Assembly: GCF_001194135.2 (NCBI RefSeq)
Contig: NC_068998.1
Coordinates: forward strand, 32,327,361-32,391,360
Source of the DNA: Octopus bimaculoides
Taxonomy: Eukaryota
Direction of reading: 5' to 3'
DNA length: 64,000 nt
Made by a program: the position numbers and the translations under genes. The notes below the pieces were generated by a model. That model was not told the origin of the DNA, ran no database searches, and was given only the letters and a program-made list of their open reading frames with translations. Of the stretch, positions 53,780-64,000 are shown in pieces. The stretch's first letter is position 1, and each line of letters begins with the position of its first letter.

Positions 53780-54870
53780 CAGAAACAAATAACAAACTAT
53801 TTTTGTTGAATGAGCTCAAAATGGAATGCAAAACAGTGGTAACTGCTTGCAGTATCAACCAAACGTTTGCCCAGAGATGTATCTATGAATGTACTGTTGA
53901 CATTGATTCCACGAAATTTCATAGTAAAGATAAAAACTTTGAAGATGAGAAAAGTTATGGATGGCTTGTAAATGGACTATGACAATTTTAGGCTATTACT
54001 GAAGCAAACAGACATTAAGCAACTTGCAAGATTACAGAAGTGTTGATCATTCCACAATTGTTAGCCATTTACACTACATTTCAAACCAAACAAGCTCAAC
54101 AACTGGGAGCTACATGGTTTAAAAGAAAGTTTTTTTTTTAAATCATGATTATGAAGTATGCTTTGCACTTCTTTTGTATATATACAAGTGGGTACTGAAA
54201 GGTTCCTGGCTCTAAGAGTATCATGAAAGGCTTGGCTGGAGGCCCAACCTTCCAAGTTATTTTACAGGGCTTAGAAAAATGGAAGGACTGCTGCAGTAAG
54301 TGGGTGAATCTTAGAGGGGAATATGTAGAATAAAATCATAATTAACTGATCCTCCTGTATTTTCTTTTACCCAAAGCCAGGAACTTTTCAGCATCTTGTA
54401 GATAATTCATTCTTGATTGTATTGAAACTTGGCAGAAAATGGATCCTATCAGATGGACTAACAATATTTTCTTCATTTGCTGGGCTGATGTGAAGTTTTA
54501 AAGGACTTTTACAATCAAAAGCTACTGTTTGGTGGTTGGCAAGTGGAATCATTCACTACAGTATCTTGAAATCAGCAAAGAAGTATTGCTGCAAAATCAA
54601 GAAATGTGCTGCCTAAATTTAGCATTAAGGAATCAACAAGGACCAGTTTTTTCTCCATGACAATGCTTAGCCATCACTTTTACAAATGATTCTGCATAAA
54701 TTGGTCACAATAGGCTTTACAACGCTTCCTAACTCAACTTACTTCTCAGAACTCTCCCCAGTTGACTACAACTTTCACAAGCATTTCAATAAATTTGTAC
54801 CTAAGAAAGATTTGATAATCAAATAGCAGCTCAAAAAACCTTTGAAGAATTCTCAGTTTCTAGAATAAAT
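53780..54870 (+). mobile_element. Mariner element (Hsmar1/SETMAR-like layout), highly decayed, interrupted by a MITE
   Basis: Decayed motifs VWWLASGIIHY, FLHDNA and ELSPVDYNFHKHF lie downstream of an HTH-like N-terminal piece. Confidence 0.7.
54183..54400. mobile_element. Mariner-derived MITE
   Basis: TA-flanked TIRs: tacaagtgggtactgaaaggttcctggct / agccaggaacttttcagcatcttgta. Confidence 0.8.
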
Positions 54871-55584
54871 ATAATTGAATCTTGTTGAGAAAAAAGGTGT
54901 ATCCTAAAGGCTGTTATTTCAATTCATAGAATTCATTGGGTGAACAAGTGATGGATAGCTAGAGGTGAGTAAAGGTGAGAGTGAATGATGAGTATTGATC
55001 AGAAGATCAGAAGACTAGTGGTGAGTACTGGTAGACTGTATGAGGTACATGTAAGTCTGCTGAAGCCCCTTAATATGGTGAGAGAACAAGGGTGGATAAG
55101 TTCTGTAGCATATCCCTGTCACACTACAAACAATGTACAGTGAGATGAAGAAATCCATTGCTATTCTAAGCCACATGCTCAGGGATGCATCATCCCTAAG
55201 GATATTGGGATTTAGAGGAATTTCAGGTCTTTCAACCTCAGATCACGACCTCACTGAGTTAATCCAACTTTGGTTGCTCAATTTTTAGCTTGCATCCTTG
55301 TAGCAATATGCTTTGGGCTGCCCTCTTGTAACTTTATTTCTAGTTAACGTGAAGGAACATATGAATCCCTCTTTGTGGCACCAATGATTTCCAAGCCTAC
55401 TTAGAGCTATGTAGTGGGAATGTCCCTCAATATACATTTATCATTTATGATATATTACTTTTGCCACCAAAGAAGATTGCTAGCATTTACTTGGATTATT
55501 ATCAATGTAAAAACTAATTTAGCACACGCATAAACACTCATGTACATAGATGCCATATATGCATATATATGCCAATGCACTCAC

Positions 55585-55632
55585 ATTTAGACATGAATGT
55601 TTCAAAAAAAGAAAAAACCTGATCAAATAAAA
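55585..55632 (-). CDS. Candidate 48-nt exon, LFDQVFSFFETFMSK
   Basis: Acceptor cttttctctcttttattctgcag and donor AAT|gtgagt. Phase 1->1. Confidence 0.45.
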
Positions 55633-57383
55633 CTGCAGAATAAAAGAGAGAAAAGAGGCGACAAATTCGGCTAATGTATAATACTTTAGTTTTTAGAACA
55701 TTTTTAGCTTGCATAGAAATGAAACAAAAATGAAATGCTACCAAGTTTGAATCACCATTAGTTTATCTATCATATAAATAGGTTTGATATCAATTTCTTG
55801 TGATGTGAATACATTCAATCTTCTCAGAAATTTGTATATGTTAACTTTTTTTTCGCTATTTTAATCTGCTTAAGCATATAACAAGCATCATTGAACTTCC
55901 AGTGTGTGTATGTGTGTGTGTGTGTGTGTGTGTAGATTAGAGAATATGGAAGAACTCACAGAGGGAAAGGAGCAATAGTAGCTTTCTTATTAACTTGCCT
56001 TTCATATGAGCCACTATTAGAAGTTCTAGAAACATTTATCTGCACTACTTTTTTATGTAACATTTCTTTAAAGCCAAACCAGTTTTGTTTTATGGTGTCT
56101 CTCTTAACTTGATCACATAGGTGATATGATTTCTTACAAAAATAACATTTTTATAGCAGTTAACTTATATGCTTGTGAATATTCCATCCTTAAAATGGTT
56201 AGCATTTAGTGGGTAGAAATACAGTCACTGCATGGTCAGTAAGAATGTCAGACTAATACTGCTATCTTATTGAATGGACATAAATATTCTATATTTTTAA
56301 GAGCAGTAGAATAGTAGGTTGTGGTGATCATGTCTTTCTCTCAGAAGTTTACAAATGTAAAATGAAGCAAAATGTATTTAACTGGTTCTTTGGAACAACA
56401 TTAGCTTATATTGTGCTGTGCAATGTTTTCCATAGTTTAACATTTAAGGCATTAAATTGAAGGCCATATAATATTTAGCTTCATTTCCCTCTATTTCAAG
56501 TTTAAATTGATTTGGCTTTCTTTTATATATTATAAAACTCTGAGTATAAATTCTATCAGTGAAGTACAAGTAATGCCTCTGCAGTTCACTTTATTCCTCC
56601 TCTATAGCAATTAGTTTCATGCTTAAGGAATATCTAACGAATCATGTATTCTATTAACACATTCCCAGGAATGTTGCTATTCCCTGAGGTTGTAAAATAG
56701 GTTTGAATTAAAAACTATTTTAATTACTTTTATAAAGGGGAAACAGAATTTACAAAATATATTTTGCAAAAAATTCTGAAATAATTCGGAAAATCAATTT
56801 GGAACTCAATATTGATTTTAAACATACCTCAAAGTCAGTATATGATGCGTAGTTGATTTAATTGCCTCTATCATATCATAGGTACTTATCTTATGGGTCC
56901 CAGAAGGATAAAGGTAAAGTCAACTCCAACAGGATTTGAATTTAAAGCATGAAGGTCATAACTAGATACTACAAGGCATTTAATTTAGCTGCTTCTGCCT
57001 TCCCCTACCTTCTGTTAGAGATAGATAGTCAATTATTATAGTCAATTTAATTAGCTGAATTATGCTTCTGGTACTTATCCTTTTGACTCTGAAGAGATAA
57101 ACAGAAGTGTTGATTCTGATTGTAAATGAGCTCAGAACTAAAAAAAATTAATAGTAAATACTGGTTTCAAATTTTGGCAAAAGCAGCAGTTTTGGGGGAG
57201 ATGGGGAAGTCAGTTATAGCGACCCCAATGTCTACCTGCTACTAATTTATTAACCTCAAAAGGCAAAGTTGATCTCAATTATATTTGAACACAAAATGTA
57301 AAGATGGATGTAGTGCTGCTAAGCATTTTGCCCTGAATGCTAATGATTCAACCAGCTTGCCACCTTAAGGACAACAATAAATA

Positions 57384-58273
57384 CAAGGTAGTATCCAAAA
57401 GTTCTCAGACTAGTTCTGTAGCATGCCAACAGACAGCAGCACATGGTTGCATGTGCAGTGAGACATAGCAGGTAGCAGTGACCTTCATGAAGCAGTGTGC
57501 CAAGTGACATCACTCTGTTTACTTCACAAGTTGTGAAATTTGTGTTTTTGTGATCACATGTATGCTGGACAAGAACAAAGAGTTAATGTGAAATTTTGTG
57601 TTAAACTTGGGAAAACTGCTACAGAGGCATTGAGCCTGCTTCAGCAAGCTTATGGCAATGAGGCAATGAGTTGTATGCAATGTTTCAAAAGCAGAAAAGT
57701 GTCCCTGGAAGATTATGAGTGATCTGGAAGACCTGCCATGAGTGTCACCCCTGGAAATGTGATATTGTGCATAGAGAAGTCATCCTTCAGGGCCAGAGCA
57801 TCATTGAGAGTTCAACTGTGACGTTTTGAAGTGTTTGAGGGAGGACATTCGGCAAAAGCGAAAGGATCTGTGGAATACGAAGAATTGGGTTCTTCGTGAT
57901 GACGATGCACCTGATCACTGTGCTCTCCCCACTCATGGGTTTTTCATCAAAAACAACATGGTATCACTTCTGTACCCACTCTATTCACCAGATTTCACAC
58001 CTGTGGACTTCCGTCTTTTGCCCAAGATGAAAATGCAGCTCAAAGATCACTGTTTTAACACTGTTGTTGAGATCCAGAGTGAATTGCAGAAAGTCCTCGA
58101 CTTGCTTATAGGAAAATGACTTCCAGGCTGATTCCAAAATTGGTAGGGATGCTGGGACTAGTGTATCACTGTGCAAGATGACTATTTCGAAGGAGATGAT
58201 GTTAAAACTTAGGTAAATAAGTTATTTTTTTTATTAAGCATAACTAGTTCAGTAACTTTTTGATACTATCTCA
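57384..58273 (+). mobile_element. Mariner element, internally deleted, both TIRs and TA target duplication retained
   Basis: TIRs caaggtagtatccaaaagttctcagactagtt / aactagttcagtaactttttgatactatctca, with TA on both sides. Encodes QRVNVKFCVKLGK and LYSPDFTPVDFRLLP. Confidence 0.9.
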
Positions 58274-58916
58274 TATTGCAATACATTTTATCTGGTGTTC
58301 CACTCTTTTAGCCCTCAACTTGACTCAAGTGGTATCATCATAAAAGATTAAACATATCTTCGATCATAGTATAAAAGTTAGCTAGTTTGTGGCAGGTACT
58401 TTCTCAGACTGGAGTAAATTCATAAACCATAACAGATAGAATGTGGTTAGTAGAATAATGTTAGATGTGTACCTCCCAGAATTAGGTTGATAGTTAAAAG
58501 CTTATTGTATGTCTGTAGCTATTTTCTCTGATCAAACATCATTCATCTACATAATATTAATAGCAAAACTTCATACACAAACATGTTTTTGAGAAAAATG
58601 CAATGCTGCTATTTCTAAGTGGATAATATACATTTTCATTGTAATATATTCCAAAAATGCAGTGTTCAAAACTTTTACCATAGTGGTATTTCGTTTTTTA
58701 ACTATTGTACTTTATCTGATTGTTTTCATCATCCTGAATGTCTATTTCCTCACTTTGAGAATTTAAACTTGAGAGCTTCAAGTATGCAATAAGTGATTGA
58801 AGGTTCATATTCCTTCACCAGTACTATACAAACTTCAAAGTTAAGTTAGTTACTACATCTTACTGACACAATGTACCTAGCTACAACCTGTTACAAATAG
58901 CACTGACACAGCTTAC

Positions 58917-58936
58917 CATTGTGGGCAACAGGAAAT
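58917..58936 (-). CDS. Candidate 20-nt micro-exon, FPVAHN(V)
   Basis: Acceptor ccatttttcaattgttcag and donor ATG|gtaagc. Phase 2->1 joins the 55.6-kb exon in frame. Confidence 0.35.
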
Positions 58937-60312
58937 CTGAACAATTGAAAAATGGTGTTAAGTTCAACTTGATATATAGTCTAAAGAGAAAGAATTCCAC
59001 AGGAAATCGTTTAGTTCCTTCATCTCAAGTTATCTTTCATCTTCAAATATGAGAAGTAATTTATGAGTCAGTAGAACTTGCTCAAATGTACATCTAAACT
59101 TCTGGAATTTGTAAGACAAATATGTGTTGTAATGTATTTCTCTTATAAGAGTGATAAACAACAGTCAGCTGAGAAATAGATAATTTAGCAGTATCTGTAG
59201 TATTCAGTTACATTCTTTTACATCTTGGGTCCAAATCCCACTACAATTAACTTTGTGTTATTTTTCTGATATCCATAAAATGATAAACTGTCAAGTGTTG
59301 ACTTAGCCAAATATAGCCTTCCTAGCAAATTGTGTTCTTGTACTTATGTTAGAAATCATTCTGTATCAACTAATGTCATGGTTCTTCAACCTTTTCTCAA
59401 ACAATTTTGGATGCTTTGTTAAAAGATCATGAGTGTTGTCTTTTCTTCAGCATTTTGTGCTGAAGAAAAAAAATGAGATACCTTGTTCTTATGCTAGAAA
59501 TTTGTGTTTAATATGTAAATGTTCATGGGTCTTGTATCTTAAATTACAATAAACTTGATTTCTAAGCTGTTGCAAATATTAAAAAAATATTAAATATTAA
59601 AAAAATACAATTTTTTTTGTTGTTAAATGAAAACATTTTGGATAACAAAAAATTATTATAGAAAACAAATATTTTGATAATTCCAATTAGATTCTTACTT
59701 GTTTTCTGTCTAAAAGAAATTATATTTACCTATATGTGCAATGCCATATACGTGTATAGTTTAGCCATGCATTATTAAAAGCATGGAAACTTAAATATGG
59801 AAATTATTTAAAAACAAAACTACGAGTTATAGTTTGTGCCATCTATTCAACCAATATTCATGAACAGATTGTGTAGGAATTATAAAAATCAATAAATTTT
59901 TGTATCATACTTAAAACAAACTTTATGCTTTAATATGTTTGTTTGGGGAGTTAAATGTATTGATTTTAAATAATGTAATTAATTTAATGATAATGTCATA
60001 CTTAAACATTTTTAATGACTTTACATCCAATATTAAACCTTGTCACTGGCCATATTTCAAAATAAAAACGTAAAAGACTTAATGAATTTTTGCATTTTCA
60101 TAGCATTTTTTATTTTAACTTTTTTTAAACGTATTATTCATATGTGAACAGCATTGTTATAGAGCATATTATCTCTGGCACTTTCATACAGAAACCACAG
60201 TCATCATAATTTTCCTCAACTTCGTTATCTCTTTTTCTTGATCTTTTACATCAAATTTATGATCTTCTCTTACTTTTTCTCACATTCTCTCTTCTACTTT
60301 CTTTTTTCCTAC

Positions 60313-60337
60313 TTTTGTTCTTGGAGGTTATTGTCTT
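60313..60337 (-). CDS. Candidate 25-nt exon of unidentified minus-strand gene, (E)DNNLQEQ(K)
   Basis: Strong acceptor ttttttttacag and donor AA|gtagga. Phase 1->2 fits the next candidate exon. Other GT donors nearby make the boundary ambiguous. Confidence 0.2.
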
Positions 60338-61245
60338 CTGTAAAAAAAATTGCTAAATTTCAAAATCCAAAATTGTGACAAAATTATAACAATAAAGAAC
60401 AATAACAATAAAGAAATGTATGGAAATCAAAATACATAGATGTTCACAAAGTTATAAAATTGTTCATATGAATTGTATAGGCAGATGCATGTGTCACATT
60501 TTTTAGTTGTTTTTAATCAATGTGTATATGCAAAGAAAATATGTAACAGATATATGCAAATAAAGGGTGCATGGAGATTGCACATATAATCATTTAACCA
60601 TTTGTTTAAGAATTATTTAAGTCTGGGTTGACACACAATGAAGGGTCTACAGAAAAATCATTAGCAATTAATTAACAACCTATTTAACAATTCTTTGGGA
60701 ATTATTTGCGAATGAGTTGACAATCAGATAGAATTTGTTGTAATAATTATAGCAGAATTTGCATTATAGAATTTCCAGTAATAGAATGAAAATGCAATGG
60801 TTATCATTGAAGACATTGCAAAAATTAGTAATTTATGTAAAAAGTTAGAAATGCACGAACACATGGGTTCTTAAGCAAATGAATGAATATACAATAACTC
60901 AATATAATATAAATGAAATATCACAATTATGAAGACATATTATATCTCCGTGTTATGATGGTTGTGAGATGAATAATGATTGAAGCATATGGGGTTATAT
61001 TAACATAAAGTTTGGGGACGTGCATACATACAGGTATATTGGGAGGAAATGTATGAAGAGGGGCATATGGGTTTAGAAAATGTGGTGTAGGATGTATTTC
61101 ACTGGCTGTGGACTCTGTAATTATTAGTGTGGATTGTAGGGTTCAGGCTTCAGGCTGTAATATGTCAGCTTTGGGAGTTAAAACATGAGTATTGGATAAA
61201 GAGTGGAAGTTCTGAATGTTAAATGCATGTGTGAGTGTATTTGCA

Positions 61246-61277
<32 letters not shown>

Positions 61278-62072
61278 CATGTGCGTGTGCTCGTGTGTGT
61301 GTGTGCGCACGCATGTGCTCGTGTGTGTGTGCGCACGCATGTGCTCGTGTGTGTGTGTGTGTGAAAACACAAACCATATTCTCATACATTGCATGCTATA
61401 AAAAAAGACCCACTGTTGATATCCTGACATGACTAAAATTTCATTTTCTAAAACATCAGTTTACCAAAATAAAACTGGATTTGTATGTTATCTTTAGCAC
61501 TATTGAAAAGTTCTTTATAGCAAGTTTTATTGCCAAATTCTATTCTTGAAACATTAGTTTCAACACAAGTTCAAACCAATCTATATCTATAAATGTCATC
61601 ACCATTTCTCAATGAATATTTTCCAAACTTTTAACATAAATTCAAAAATCATCTTGAAATTTTGAAATAATGCATGAAGGTAAAAAAATTGCAGGTTAGG
61701 TGTCTCTGGGGTAAAACAGGAAGGATTTAGAGAAAGGGATGTTGAAAGTGTGATAGTTGTTATGGAGTTGTAAGTTTTCCCTTCTCTCTCTATCTCACAC
61801 TAATTCTTTCTCTCTCTTTCACATACAAAACACACCTACACATACAATTTCTTAGCCATCTTTCTTAGATGTCACATTACATATTGGAATGCACTAATTA
61901 TTACCGTTTTACATTTAAAATAATATTGTCCCAAAATTAATATAAGGTTTCAAAATACTATGGAAGGAAGAAGGTAATTAATTCTTAAATTATTTAACAT
62001 TTAAATTAGTCTGTATTTATAAAATATTTGAATATGCTCAATGACTCAAACTGTTAATTTTAATAAGGTTTG

Positions 62073-62118
<46 letters not shown>

Positions 62119-62762
62119 GTCTGGGTGGAGTCGTTCTCTTTTAGTGCCTTATTATTTAACACACTCACCAGTTAAGTTTCCACTCATTTACTTATTTATT
62201 TTCCCTAAAAGTTTCATTGTGTCATGCAACTTTTTCAATTGTCGTTGACTCTGAATGTTATCCGAGCTGCGTTCTTTTTGTTTGTTTGTGCATATGTGTG
62301 TGGGTTAGTGTGCGTGTACATACACATATGTATGTATGCATGTATGTGTATGCATGTATGTGTGTACGTTTGTATGTATATATATTCTGCATATTCATGT
62401 GTTTGTGTGTTCATGTTTGTGTGTTTGTATGTGTGGGTGTGTGTGTGTACCTCTGTCGCCTTGTGTGTGCATGTCTGGGTGTGTCTGTGTATGGGTTTTT
62501 GTGACTATGTACTGCATTTGTTATGTATGGACGTGTGTCTCCATATGTGTCCTTGTGTTAAGTGGAGTGTGTGTGTATATGGTCATGTGTTTCAGTTTTC
62601 ATTTGCATATGTGTTCTTGTCTCTTCTTATTATCTATGTACCTAGCTATCTGTATGTCTATTTGTTTACATTCATATCCATTTACCTACATACATATGCA
62701 TATACAAATACACACACACACACACACACATCTACATAGCAGTCCACTAACTATTCTATCTG

Positions 62763-62765
<3 letters not shown>

Positions 62766-62842
<77 letters not shown>
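62766..62842. repeat. (TA)n microsatellite
   Basis: Direct reading. Abuts the 3' end of the Penelope-like element. Confidence 0.95.
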
Positions 62843-62846
<4 letters not shown>

Positions 62847-63925
62847 CTGGGTGCAGGGGTATGACTACCTACTACTTATATTTCCTATTTAGTACTGAGG
62901 ATGTTTCATTTGTGAGGACATACTCCTGTATTTGTCTGAGAGTTGGGTCTTTCAGGTGCTTGGATAAAATGTGGATGTCAAGTCGCTTTGCTCGACTAAA
63001 GGCAGTACTCCAACATGGCTGCAGTCAAATGACTAAAACAGGTAAAAGAGTAAAAGAGTAAATGAATATGTGGTGGTTAAGGATATACATGAACTAAGGT
63101 TATCTTAAGGCAACGAGGAAAATGAAACTATAGAAACTAAATTGGTCCTTGATGTGTTGGTAGAGTATCGAGGACTGTCTTTTGTCATCATATTGTCTCA
63201 AATGTGCATTTAGTCTTTCCACAATGCTCCTAGATGTTTCACCTATGTATATCATGTTCTTGTCTTTGCAAGTACCTTCTATGCACCTTATTTTGTAGAC
63301 TACATTTCTAGTTCTACAGTTAATGCCTGGGTCAATGTTACACACCATGCAGTTATCATTGGTGCATGTGGTATTCTCAAAAGAGTACGTCCTACATAGT
63401 TGTGATCTGATTGAGCTCTCTGGCTTTTCAACGATCATAATGTTGAGTTTGGCCTCCTTCAGAGCTTTCCTAAATCTACAGGCTAGTTCTCCATGGGCTG
63501 TGGCCTCTACAAGCATCACTCCTTGATATTGTCAGTCTTGTACCATGTGTACCATTTGTTGGTCTTGTACCCTGTTTGCTTTGTCACAAACTCTTTGTAT
63601 TCTATTCCAGTCTTTACTTCTGTATCTAAGGCAGTTACCACTGGTTTCGTTACATATAATGTTATTTAACTTCTTTTTAGCACCCCTGTATACCTGGACC
63701 CTATCTCTCTGACCATATCCAGAGAATTGCATGTGGTGCATCAAGTTCTGTATATGTTTCTTCATTACATAGGGTTTGCATTGCAGGGATACGTTCATTA
63801 TCCTGAGTCTGCTATCAGTATGTTGATTTTCATGTGTGACAAAGCTGAGCTCTTGTGAACAACATATTTCAAAGCTATGGGTTTCATGTAATAGAAGTGG
63901 AGTAGCTACACTCTGTTGTTCACAA
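62843..63925 (-). mobile_element. Penelope-like element 3' part with GIY-YIG endonuclease, interrupted
   Basis: ORF 63100-63519 has a Cys-rich linker plus NVVYKIRC...IYIGETSRSIVERLNAH. The frame resumes after an insertion as LDIHILSKHLKDPTLRQIQEYVLTNETSSVLNRKYK*. Flanked by (TA)n and (CT)n. Confidence 0.9.
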
Positions 63926-63943
63926 TCTCTCTCTCTCTCTCTT

Positions 63944-64000
<57 letters not shown>

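Noticed and set aside
62890-62930. CTGAGGATG motif near the Penelope 3' end
   Set aside because: No downstream GAAA or stems on the + strand. The region is explained as GIY-YIG coding sequence on the minus strand.
62217-63061. Cys/Val/Tyr-rich ORFs (also at 39821, 41215, 49975 and 61143)
   Set aside because: Translations of TG/TA/GA microsatellites.

Overview
AT-rich eukaryotic genomic DNA packed with microsatellites and decayed transposons, with two assembly gaps. The repeat landscape resembles an octopus or other coleoid cephalopod (inference from recalled repeat families, not verified). No intact long ORF is present, and most ORF-track entries are microsatellite or transposon artefacts. 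Recognisable content: several mariner (DD34D) remnants, a pogo/Tigger derivative with TIRs, RTE and Tx1/L1-like LINE fragments, two R4/Dong-like 3' ends tied to (TAA)n, two Penelope-like remnants, tRNA-headed SINEs and MITEs. A chain of small phase-compatible minus-strand exons (60.3 kb to 15.4 kb) may belong to an unidentified host gene. The most striking signal is a direct-repeat unit at 18.99-19.50 kb carrying two minimal type I hammerhead ribozyme motifs 329 nt apart on the minus strand, a retrozyme-like architecture. A separate variant hammerhead lies in a 193-bp element embedded in (TA)n at 45.5 kb.
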